Source: Pecten maximus
Taxonomy: Eukaryota
DNA length: 64,000 nucleotides
NCBI RefSeq assembly: GCF_902652985.1
Contig: NC_047024.1
Coordinates: 31,930,001 to 31,994,000 of the forward strand
Reading direction: 5' to 3'
How positions within the stretch are numbered: position 1 is the first letter of the stretch; the number at the start of each line of letters is the position of its first letter. Shown piece after piece: positions 52,601 to 64,000 of this stretch. The translations under genes were made by a program, and so were the position numbers. A model generated the notes under the pieces. It saw only the letters and a program-made list of their open reading frames with translations. It was not told the origin of the DNA and searched no databases.

Positions 52601-55600
52601 ATGAAGCGTACCGCATGCTGTACACGAGTGTCCCATTGGAAAGGAGCCAAACAAAACGGTTAGACATGGTCGAGTCGTGGACACGGGAACGTAGCTCATT
52701 TTCAATATAGCTCTCAGCGAGCCATATGTTGTCGAAGTATTTACTGCGGACAACGTGGTAGTCTTTAATACCATAATCGGTATTATTAGCAAAGGGGTAC
52801 TTTAGTCGCGGGTCATCCCATACTTGATAATAGTAGAATGTGAAATCAGCTTCAGTCTGCAAATATATCATTTATTTATATAGCGTTTACATACAACAAA
52901 CTTCGGGAGGACCATCAAAAGAAATTTATAGATACACTCTACAATATATGAATGAAGTATAGTAAAACATCACTAAACGACCATTGCATTGTAATAGTTA
53001 ACAAATATATCAACAACAACAAAATCATTTACATAAACAGATTATATGTAACATGTCTATAAAGGTCGCTCTCAGGAGAAGGTAACTTATAGTTCATATA
53101 CACTGAATCGTGTTTGGAACCACAGCTTATGACCCTTATTACACAAATTACTGTTAAAAGTTTAATTTAGTGAATGTTCGATTGTAATACTGATAGCTGT
53201 TTCTGTGTATATATTATAGAGTATACGACACGTAATTTGATCTACTAACCCGCTCCAAAAATCTCATCTCCGTCATATAGATGCTCATTTTAATATCGGT
53301 CTTGTTACCTGCAGAATTACACAAACAATTTTTTTTTCATTTTGATAATCGGTTCACAATATCTTAATGACGCTACATCGCCGACAACTTATACACTGAC
53401 TCTATTTACCGAAATGGCAAACAATGTTGAGGAATGTATATCTTTAGAAAGGCATAACAATTATAATAATAAAAGCCTCGCTTATTATATATCAACATAC
53501 AAAATGGAAGGAAGCCCGATATGATTTCTTCATGATGCAGTTAATTGGTTAAGAAGATGCAGCAGAAGACGCTTACTCTTCCGGGTCACCTGGTCTTATT
53601 CGTATCTGTTCTCAGCAGTCTCCCTGCAAATTTGTATTTTTATTTATACTTTGACCTCGTTTTCGGTTCGAATTATTTATTTTATTTTAAGGGTTCAACG
53701 TCCTCGCAACAGCCCAAGTCATATGAGGGTGTCAAATGAGGGTTTCAGGAATAGACCTAGAGTAAGAAAACAAAGCACATAAAGACAAGGGAGTGGAGCA
53801 AAGAACATTTTAGATCCAAAGTGTTGCAAAGGGGGCAACGGATCAATTGTATTCTCTTAAATGTATTCTGAAGACAAGGAAGAAAATCCCCGAGTCTTGA
53901 GTCGCCCTCTACGATATCTTTGAAGGTAAATGATAAAATTAGAAGCTCAAACTTTTCGAGGGTTTTACTAGTAATATTGTTAAGTATACGTTTGGTATTG
54001 TTGTAAAATATATAACAGCTTGGATGTATATTTATTTATTTATTTATTACTATTATCTATTTTGTAGTAAGTATTACTTATTTGAAATATCATACTGATT
54101 CTAGGATAAAAATAAAAACCTATGTTCCTTGTATTTGTAATCAATAACATTTATTTAGGTGAAGGAACATGGCGCCAGTCCATTTGGGGATAGCAATACA
54201 AAGTTGGACCTCGGATCTCGTGTTTCCCTTTTATAAAGCTGTATTTATTTATGGTCCATGGAGATTTGAAAAACATCACTATTTAACACTCAGGAGAATG
54301 TGGCAGCAGGTCTGCACTGAAAATGCTTATGTCATTTGAGTTCCAGAACACCTCTAGATGTGATTGGCCAATTATGATGATGATGATGCATGGCAACACA
54401 CCTACACAATATATAATGTTCTCCGGATATTGTGAAATAACTTCGTCGAGATGATAACTGATTACGCAAGCAAAGGGTATGACATTGTAATTGATGTTCA
54501 CAACCAAGCAGGTCAAGAATTACAGACATCGCTATAAATAAGGTATGTACGATTTATCAGGTGTTCATGAGAAAAAATAGTAAACCTGTGTCTTTTTTAT
54601 GACAAATAATCATAAATGTATGCTTTTGTTTAATTGTGTGTGCTCTCGACGGCAATATGTGTTAACACGTACAAATCATAGTTAGTATGGATATGCTGGT
54701 ATTTCTCGTTGTTTGATGATTACTAATATCTAAAAGATAAAAAAAAAATGGCATCTTTCTGAATAGAATGAGAGTTAGATATAGTAGAGCCACACTCTAA
54801 ATACAACAAACATCAGGTTGTTAGACTTTGGTACAGTAGAGCCACACTCTAAATACAACTAACATCGGGTTGTTAGACTTTGGTACAGTAGAGCCACACT
54901 CTAAATACAACTAACATCAGGTTGTTAGACTTTGGTACAGTAGAGCCAAACTCTTAATACAACTAACATCGGGTTGTTAGACTTTGGTACAGTAGAGCCA
55001 AACTCTTTATACAACAAACATCAGGTTGTTACACTTTGGTACAGTAGAGCCAAACTCTTAATACAACTAACAACATGTTGTTACACTTTTATACAGTAGA
55101 GCCAAACTCTTAATACAACCAACATCAGGTTGTTACACTTTTATACAGTAGAGCCAAACTCTTAATACAACTAACATCAGGTTGTTACACTTTTATACAG
55201 TAGAGCCAAACTCTTAATACAACTAACATCAGGTTGTTAGACTTTGATACAGTAGAGCCACACTCTTAATACCACTAACAACTAAATACGTCAACAAGAA
55301 AGAAAAAAAAAATACAATGTATATTGTCTCGAGAAAACACTTGATAAAGCTCGGAATAATCATGTGTTTTGGCTACACAGGGCAGTATGAAAAATAAGTG
55401 TTTGTTCTTTAAAATACAGAGTACCGGAACATATTGGCGACAGGGGCAACATAAATAGTGAACTAGTGTTAGCAACGAGGTATTGTTGATGATAGAGGCC
55501 TCATTAGGACGGAGTAGATAATATGGTAGAAATATAGAGCATATAAACGATACACTGACTCGTATAAACGTGAAGGAGGTTTTACCTGTGTGGTAAAATG

Positions 55601-56080
55601 GGGGGTTGGAATGATCCTTCTGGAGCATGGTTTCTATTTCCTGTCTCCTATAAAAAATAAGATTTAGGTATATGAAGTAATCCTAGATGAAATTGTAAAA
55701 ATATATGAATGAGCAGCGCATTATAATTATAAAAGTATAAAACAGGAGAAGAGCAAGGTTCATATTACTTGGAATATACACTAGCAAAATAAGAGTGTTT
55801 ACAATTACAAAATTGTGTATACTTCAGTTATTGCGTTAAATGTGTTTATAATAATTGCACTTTAATACATCTATTTTTTTAAATGTATAACTTTGCTTTG
55901 TCTATCAGTAATTGTATTGCCTGTGGTTATTTAGAATTAGTATATTTCATAGACAAGATTAAATCTTAAAGCTAATTGTACTCACTGTGAAGGTGTTAAG
56001 GAGTACACATTTCCAAACAATATTAGCGCTGTGATGAAGATGTACCGCAACATGGTTTGTGTTCCCGGCATTATGTCCAT
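49620..56080 (-). CDS. Divergent Cys-loop ligand-gated ion channel subunit (GlyR/GluCl-type), paralog B, 8 coding exons, 443 aa
   Basis: Exons 56080-55986, 55647-55586, 53308-53250, 52856-52612, 52411-52329, 50924-50790, 50422-49974 and 49823-49620 splice in frame. Five of the six internal exon sizes (62, 59, 83, 135, 449) are identical to paralog A. Cys loop CTLRGVLFPNALFVC. M2 SARIKLGTLSMLAMITEQ. Confidence 0.9.
54783..55270. repeat. 52-bp minisatellite (~9 copies)
   Basis: Unit AGTAGAGCCACACTCTAAATACAACTAACATCAGGTTGTTAGACTTTGGTAC. Confidence 0.95.
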
Positions 56081-56171
56081 ATGTCTAGAATCAGAAATCA
56101 TCACACAGTGTACCACAATTACTTTATTGTGGTCCGAACTATGTTTCCAATCATCATCTAAAATTATAATC

Positions 56172-56428
56172 CGTGGTTAATGGGCCTTAGCGACCAGCAA
56201 TTGTCTTTTTTCAACTCTCTGGGGACATACAGCCGGAGCTGCCATTTCGGCGCTAACAACTTACACGTGACATTTCCTGCACTGCACTACCACGTGCTGA
56301 GTCGACTGGAACACAACGGAGTAAAGTATCTTGTTCGAGGACACAACACAGCGTCCGTGCCGAAACTTGAACAAGCGAACATTCCGTCACGTGGCCCTGC
56401 AATCTACCACTAGACCGACGTGCCTCCA
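56172..56428 (-). mobile_element. Diverged CORE-type tRNA-derived SINE
   Basis: The plus strand GAGTAAAGTATCTTGTTCGAGGACACAAC resembles the CORE motif. The minus-strand head GGAGGCACGTCGGTCTAGTGGTAG is A-box-like. Confidence 0.6.
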
Positions 56429-56664
56429 AATCACACTTTTCTTAGAGGGGCGTGAATAGATTTCACTTTATCCAGTAAACGGTTTACCAGTTAATTGAAC
56501 AGAGATAGTTTTGCGTTTTTCCCCAGACTAGTCCAGTCAATTATTTGTAATCTGCCGTGCGACAGTACCAAACAAACGTAAGCGAAGTGGTCGAAGTGAA
56601 ATGCCAAAGACTGTTCGCGAAAATAAATATACATATATATTTAGATTACATATCTTAATATACA

Positions 56665-56880
56665 GTTTATTTTGTTAAATGTCCTATCAACAGCCATGGT
56701 TATTTAAGGAGACGTGCCTGTTTTTGGAGGTGGAGAAAAATCGGAGTACCTGGGGAAAAACCAACGACCTACGGTCAGTACCAGGCAACTGTCCCACGTG
56801 GGTTTCGAACTCGCAACCCAGAGGTGGAGGGCTAGTGATAAAGTGTCGGAACACCTTAACCACTCGGCTACCGCGGCCCC
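56665..56880 (-). mobile_element. Second full-length copy of the tRNA-derived SINE, 10-bp TSD
   Basis: Colinear with 34044-34273. TSD TTAATATACA at 56655-56664 and 56881-56890. Confidence 0.92.
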
Positions 56881-58516
56881 TTAATATACACTACATGATA
56901 AGACGGATATACTCTACCTTAACATCTAACCGCGCAGCATAATTGAGAATTGATATTGGCAATAAGGAGAGGTATGGGTGTAGACAATTTAAAGAACTTT
57001 TTAAACATCATGATCACCACAATTGTCACTTACTTGCTTTCAAATCTGTTTCTTCAAAAGTGTAACTATCGGTGTATCCAATCAGCTTTTAGGGTTTCAT
57101 CGGGGCACAGGGAGTATGAAGTAGAAGAAATAAATAATTCCATTACCTACTTGTATATCTTAATTGCACAGCAGGAAAGAACTCGCCAGGGTGCTGTTTT
57201 GGATCAAAATACTGTTTGTTTTGTTTGCTTTGTTGGTTTTTTTTGTTTTTTTTTATTGATTTGATATCTTTCAGTATGTCCACAACAAAGTAGTTACTTT
57301 AGACTCCGAAACATAAACAAACACGTTACGTTTCGACATAACGGTTTAGATAAAACATATATTCAATTCATTTGGATAATGGAGCAAAGCTTTAAATTAT
57401 TTGCAGTTTTTATTCGCATGGAAAATGCCAATCTTTCTTTCAATGCCGTAGAATATTCTATGAAAATAGACAAAATTAGACACTAAAATGACCGACATAA
57501 AAATTTAAGTTCTGAATTAAAACTGACTTATAAATATGTCAAATATTATGGTAAACACTTACCTTATACCTATAGAAACCATGTTGTCGTCAAATGAGTT
57601 TATCGGCAATGCTGACCTTGCCCGTTTCAGCCAACAACTGTTAACACTACATGTGACAGATAGACCATGAGTTGTCTTTGTCCAAGCGCTGATTAATGAC
57701 CAAACACGTGGGATAAACCAATGATGCGTGTCGTAGTGGCACAGGTTTTATAACCCAACAGACCAGATACCTTATTGTTTACAAAATGTCTCGTCACGGT
57801 AAATGCGTGATAAACATAATGGCTGTTGCACTCCGTTTGTAAACAATATATAATATTGAACAGTATTTCGAACATTATAGCTATAATATCAGGCTCGTTG
57901 AGCCTTATTACTTTTGAAAAGTGCATTGTATCTCCTACTCAAGTATATGCGTTCAAACACAAAAGCCAAGTTCTACCGGAATGTACAAAATGTAATTCAT
58001 AATGTTAAATAATGATAACACAAAACTGAAAAATTTGTGGAATATTCGGTTATTATTATTTTTTTAAGACAGCATATAAATGACAATCACAATACAATCA
58101 CATGTTATGCGAAAAGACTTAAATACATTTGAATATCCATTTAGATGTTTCAGACTTCGTTGAATTTGCTTATTTCTATTGTAAATCAAAATAGAACCAA
58201 TATTGTAGATTTCCGTTTCAATTTCCGAACCACATTGATGATAGTTATAATGCAATCAGTGTAATTAAGATACTAAATTCACTAACTTGATGACATCAGA
58301 ACGTTATTGCAGTTTTTCTTAAATAGTTTCTAGTTTGTTTTTGCCGACTTCGATTTTCATAGTTTCGTCATAAATGTCATTCCTTTAGCGGTCAGATTCA
58401 CTGACGAGTCCTCGTAGGATGTGTTTGAATCGTCATTAACAAGATGGTAAGCACGAGGTGCCAACTGTACGTTATTAGGATAAAAACAAATATATTATCT
58501 CTGTCTGTCTCTCTGA

Positions 58517-59378
58517 AACATCCCATTCTATTTTGTCTTGACATTAGTATTAGGGTATAAAACAGCCCATTCTATTTAATCTTGACATTAGTATTAGGGT
58601 ATAAAACATCCCATTCTATTTTGTCTTGACATTAGTATTAGGGTATAAAACATCCCATTCTATTTAATCTTGACATTAGTATTAGGGTATAAAACATCCC
58701 ATTCTATTTAATCTTGACATTAGTATTAGGGTATAAAACATCCCATTCTATTTAATCTTGACATTAGTATTAGGGTATAAAACATCCCATTCTATTTAAT
58801 CTTGACATTAGTATTAGGGTATAAAACATCCCATTCTATTTAATCTTGACATTAGTATTAGGGTATAAAACATCCCATTCTATTTTATCTTGACATTAGT
58901 ATTAGGGTATAAAACATCCCATTCTATTTAATCTTGACATTAGTATTATGGTATAAAACATCCCATTCTATTTAATCTTGACATTAGTATTAGGGTATAA
59001 AACATCCCATTCTATTTAATCTTGACATTAGTATTAGGGTATAAAACATCCCATTCTATTTTGTCTTGACATTAGTATTAGGGTATAAAACATCCCATTC
59101 TATTTTATCTTGACATTAGTATTAGGGTATAAAACATCCCATTCTATTTTGTCTTGACATTAGTATTAGGGTATAAAACATCTCATTCTATTTTATCTTG
59201 ACATTAGTATTAGGGTATAAAACATCCCATTTTATTTTGTCTTGACATTAGTATTAGGGTATAAAACAGCCCATTCTATTTTGTCTTGACATTAGTATTA
59301 GGGTATAAAACATCCCATTCTTTTAAGTTGACATTAGTATTAGGGTATGAATTATCCCATTCTATTCTATCTTGACTT
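58517..59378. repeat. 44-bp minisatellite (~19 copies, highly homogeneous)
   Basis: Unit AAACATCCCATTCTATTT(TG/AA)TCTTGACATTAGTATTAGGGTATA. Confidence 0.96.
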
Positions 59379-60088
59379 CTGTTTTTTTTGTAGTATTATC
59401 CTTGTCTTGACACAACTACTATAGTATGAAATGTTGTGTTATTTGTTATTTCGCCGCAAGAAATTTGGTGTTCAATATCATTTGGTTGGTTGTGATATTT
59501 ATATATTTTAATTATCTTATTGACTTTAACATCATTTTATGTTATCCCAAACTTTAAAATCCATTTCTCTTGACTATCCTACGTATCCGATTCGATACAT
59601 TTTGTACATTGCACTCTACTTTAAATTAGACCTCAAAGTATATAAGTTTGAATTACAGTATAATTGAGAATATCCTTATGCACTATAGCATATTATTCCC
59701 CAGCCAATTTAAAGCATAAGACAGTGTTGATTCAATTTAGTTGTTATAGATAGGTTTGATCAGTTACCTCCCCTGTACTGCACTCCGATATTTTCAGGAC
59801 TACATGTACATAATAGATTTGTAAATAAGTGGTCGACCACTCTTATAACGTCTAAAACACATAATCAATCATCTGCATCAAGATTCTTCAAAACAAAAAC
59901 GTGTGTATGTGTAAATACATGGTATTAATTGATATGTGTAAGCCTTACAACGAGCACATACTATACATTGCACTTCTGAACCAGTTGTAGTTTCCTGTTC
60001 CCGGTGATTAATGCAATGAAAACGCTGTAGTATCACGTACACCAGCCTGTTACATGTGTCCGTATGTGTCATCCTTCGTGGTATACTG

Positions 60089-60214
60089 AGGTCATTTGTA
60101 ATAAACTATTCCAAGGTCATTTGTAATAATAACTATTCCAAGGTCATTTGTAATAAACTATTCCAAGGTCATTTATAATCAACTATACCAAGGTAATTTG
60201 TAATCAACTATTCC
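60089..60214. repeat. ~25-bp short tandem repeat (~5 copies)
   Basis: Unit AAGGTCATTTGTAATAAACTATTCC. Confidence 0.85.
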
Positions 60215-61507
60215 ATATTTAGAATTTTGCTCCTTTGTGTTGTTTGTCTGAAACTACTTAATCTCCATATGAAAATATTACATCACATGAAACAAAATGC
60301 GGGGTAGAATGAAAAATTCGGATCTGGAGAAAATGTTTCCTGTACCTCATATGACGCATATCCTAACGTTTCCACCGATTCCGATTCGGTATTATGTTAT
60401 TGATGATCTTAAACATTTTGAAACAAGAAATTAAAACATCACTCTAATTATCTATTAATTCTCAGTTATATACGGCTTTAAACTAATCTGGGCTTCAGAA
60501 CTAGTATACATCGTAGTTGCAATTGTATTTGAACTTGAAACATAAAATAATCGTTTTTGTCGTTCTTTTTTATAATGTGATCGTAACGGTTGCAGAGTGG
60601 TATCTTAGACTAGAGTTATAAGTTATCTACATTTTAATATCTCGGTCTAAATAACATACGAAAAATTTTGAGGTTTGAAGGTCTGATTTTCAAGGCCAAA
60701 TCGTAATGGATGTTTGCAAATGTAAAATAAAAAGAAAAGGATCGAATATGTTTTTTTTTAAATCACTTATATATTTTGTTATAATATCTTGTGACTGTTG
60801 TACAATTCTTCCTAAGCCAGCTAAACCTGTTGGTTAAGGTAGTCCGGTTTGTATTACGTCATCCAACCTATCAAGTTGCCTCTCCTCGCTCCACAATCCG
60901 TATTTGCACTTGCTCCATAATGTGTGGTGTGGTTGTTGAACGTTGTGCATTGAGTGTTGATGTTAAGATTGTATTTAAACATCAATGACCTGACAATAAA
61001 CTATATTTAGATTTCGAACACGGACAAGACAATCATATCCACAATCCTTAAAATAGCATTTTTCGTGACTTAACAGAAGAACAGACATCGGCTTTTCGCG
61101 TCTTTTGAAGGGATTTTTTTTCACAATGCATAAAACGTAAATAAAAATATGAGTAAGTTTGTTTGTAATTACGTTTGGTTTAATAGATATCGAAGTCACT
61201 CACCGGTTTCAAGCAGGTCCGTATTAAGATAACAATATAGGGCACACGTGAAGGACGATAAGACTAATATATTGTACTATATATGTGAACGCTTCCAGGA
61301 ACATAAACATGTAAGTACATTTGTCCTTATTGATATTAAATCCATACCTATTATAATACTTATATCACGTTACTAACATATGTATGGAGTATAACGTAAC
61401 ATTACTCGTGCTGTCTTGATATAATAACCATAATCGTATCATTTATCGAAACACTTTTTATATATTTCACATTTTTCAATGCCTGGAAATGATGCATTGT
61501 TCAGTAT

Positions 61508-64000
61508 GGGGTCCATACCTCCCTTACCAGTAGATTGGGGGTCCATAACTCACTTACCTGATGTTTGGGGCCCATACCTCCCTTACCTGTTGATTGGGGG
61601 CCAATTCCTCCCTTACCTGTAGATTGGGGGTCCATACCTCACTTATCTGTTGCTTGGGGGCCCATACCCCCCTTACCTGTTGATTTGGGCCCATTCCTCC
61701 CTTACCTGTAGATTGCGGGTCCATACCTCACTTACCTGTAGATTGGGGGTTCATACCTCCCTTACCAGTAGATTGGGGGTCCATACCTCACTTACCTGTT
61801 GATTTGGGCCCATTCCTCCCTTACCTGTAGATTGGGGGTCCATACCTCACTTACCTGTAGATTGGGGGTTCATACCTCCCTTACAAGTAGATTAGGGGTT
61901 CATACCTCCCTTACCAGTAGATTGGGGGCCCATTCCTCCCTTACCTGTTGTTTGGGGGCCCTTACCTCACTTACCAGTGAATCGGGGCCCTTACCCCCTT
62001 ACCTGTAGATCGGGGGTCCATACCTCCCTTACAAGTAGATCGGGGGTCCATACCTCACTTACCTGTAGATCGGGGGTCCATACCCCCCTTACCTGTAGAT
62101 CGGGGGTCCATACCTCCCTTACCAGTAATTTGGGGGCCCATACCTCCCTTACAAGTAGATCGGGGGTCCATACCTCCCTTACCAGTAGTTTGGGGGTCCA
62201 TACCTCCCTTACAAGTAGATCGGGGGTCCATACCTCCCTTACCTGTAGATCGGGGGTCCATACCTCACTTACCTGTAGATCGGGGGTCCATACCTCCATT
62301 ACCTGTAAATTAGGGGTCCATACCTCCCTTACCAGTAGATCGGGGGTCCATACCTCCCTTACCTGTAGATTGGGAGTCCATACCTCCATTACCTGTAAAT
62401 TAGGGGTCCATACCTCCCTTACCTGTAGATTGGGGGTCCATACCTCCCTTACCAGTAGATTGGGGGTCCATACCCCCCTTACCTGTTGATTGGGGGTCCA
62501 TACCTCCCTTACCTGTTGATTGGGAGTACATACCTCCCTTACCTGTTGATTGGGAGTCCATACCTCCCTTACCTGTTGATTGGGAGTCCATACCTCCCTT
62601 ACCTGTAGATTGGGGGTTCATACCTCCCATACCTGTTGATTGGGAGTCCATACCTCCCTTACCTGTAAATTAGGGGTCCATACCTCCCTTACCTGTAGAC
62701 CGGGGGTCCATACTTCCCTTACCTGTAGATTGGGGGTTCATACCTCCCTTACCAGTAGATCGGGGGCCCATACCTCCCTTACCAGTAGATCGCGGTCTGT
62801 ATTATTTACTTTTTATTAATGACTTAAGGTACTTGTCTCCAGTTATGTTTATTGTTTTGTCCACCCCCCTGAATACTCTGATTGTGTTTTTGTTGTTAAA
62901 ATTAATGTTTTCGGATGCTTTTCACCAGTTACGGCTACTGTTTTGTTCATCCTCTATAACAATTAGTTACGTATTGTATATATGTGTATGTTGATGCTTC
63001 TATGTTATACTTATGAGCCGTAAGGCTTCAAGTTGAATAAACTAAACTAAACTAAAACCAGTAGATCGGGGGCCCATACCTCCCTTACCAGTAGTTTGGG
63101 GGCCCATACCTCCCTTACCAGTAGTTTGGGGGCCCATACCTCCCTTACCAGTAGATCGGGGGCCCATACCTCCCTTACCAGTAGATCGCGGTCCCTACCT
63201 CCCTTACCAGTAGGTTGGGAACCATTCCTCCCTTACCTGTAGATTGGGAGTACATACCTCCCTTACCTGTTGATTGGGAGTCCATACCTCCCATACCAGT
63301 AGATTGGGGGTCCATACCTCCCTTACCTGTTGATTGGGAGTCCATACTTCCCTTACCTGTAGATTGGGGGTTCATACCTCCCTTACCAGTAGATCGGGGG
63401 CCCATACCTCCCTTACCAGTAGATCGCGGTCTGTATTATTTACTTTTTATTAATGACTTAAGGTACTTGTCTCCAGTTATGTTTATTGTTTTGTCCACCC
63501 CCCTGAATACTCTGATTGTGTTTTTGTTGTTAAAATCAATGTTTTCGGATGCTTTTCACCAGTTACGCCTACTGTTTTGTTCATCCTCTATAACAATTAG
63601 TTACGTATTGTATATATGTGTATGTTGATGCTTCTATGTTATACTTATGAGCCGTAAGGCTTCAAGTTGAATAAACTAAACTAAACTAAAACCAGTAGAT
63701 CGGGGGCCCATACCTCCCTTACCAGTAGTTTGGGGGCCCATACCTCCCTTACCAGTAGTTTGGGGGCCCATACCTCCCTTACCAGTAGATCGGGGGCCCA
63801 TACCTCCCTTACCAGTAGATCGGGGGCCCATACCTCCTTTACCAGTAGATCGCGGTCCCTACCTCCCTTACCAGTAGGTTGGGAACCATTCCTCCCTTAC
63901 CTGTTGATTGGGAGTACATACCTCCCTTACCTGTTGATTGGGAGTCCATACCTCCCATACCAGTAGATTGGGGGTCCATACCTCCCTTACCTGTTGATTG
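61508..64000. repeat. 30-bp minisatellite running off the window, with a 634-bp higher-order duplication
   Basis: Unit GGGGGTCCATACCTCCCTTACCTGTAGATT. Interrupted by two near-identical ~260-bp inserts. Confidence 0.96.
62798..63056 (+). mobile_element. Short retroposon 3' end (LINE-like tail) inserted in the minisatellite; duplicated at 63432-63690
   Basis: Ends GAGCCGTAAGGCTTCAAGTTGAATAAA followed by (CTAAA)3. The second copy differs at only a few positions. Confidence 0.7.

Noticed and set aside
54158-54545. Coding-like composition in a paralog B intron (YDIVIDVHNQAGQ)
   Set aside because: Stops interrupt the readings and I cannot assign a family; at most a decayed fragment.
58517-59378. 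Units contain TTGACA, TATAAAA and TTAGGG (sigma70 promoter, TATA or telomere look-alikes)
   Set aside because: Eukaryotic context, TTGACA-TATA spacing of 12 bp, and only one TTAGGG per unit.
61799-63966. Repetitive ORFs in several frames
   Set aside because: Translations of the 30-bp minisatellite.

Overview
AT-rich, intron-containing animal DNA, not prokaryotic. The repeat content (Helentron/HINE-type elements with internal arrays, tRNA-derived SINEs, a CR1/L2-like LINE) suggests a bivalve mollusc; this is an inference. Four intact spliced genes were reconstructed by hand with GT-AG junctions and consistent phases. (1) Dynein light chain roadblock, + strand, 8033-12261, 98 aa. (2) A MATCAP/KIAA0895-family tubulin detyrosinase, - strand, 21967-26200, 483 aa, with an HELGTH...EEGLA metalloprotease motif. 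(3, 4) Two tandem paralogous, highly divergent Cys-loop ligand-gated ion channel subunits of the GlyR/GluCl structural type, - strand, 34446-42610 (432 aa) and 49620-56080 (443 aa). A partial pseudogene copy lies between these two. The channel pair is the most unusual system here. Both keep the fold, both disulfides and the exon structure, but have replaced the agonist-binding residues, the Cys-loop Asp, the pre-M1 Arg and the WxPD Pro, and both carry Lys at M2 2'. They may be a lineage-specific receptor family with non-canonical ligands. Mobile DNA includes a 5'-truncated LINE with a 14-bp TSD, an internally deleted spliced PHD-finger MULE transposon inside roadblock intron 1, a miniature LTR element with a tRNA-His PBS, several HINEs, SINEs with TSDs, a MITE and a 32-bp TIR footprint. 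There are about ten minisatellite arrays, one of which has captured and duplicated a LINE tail.
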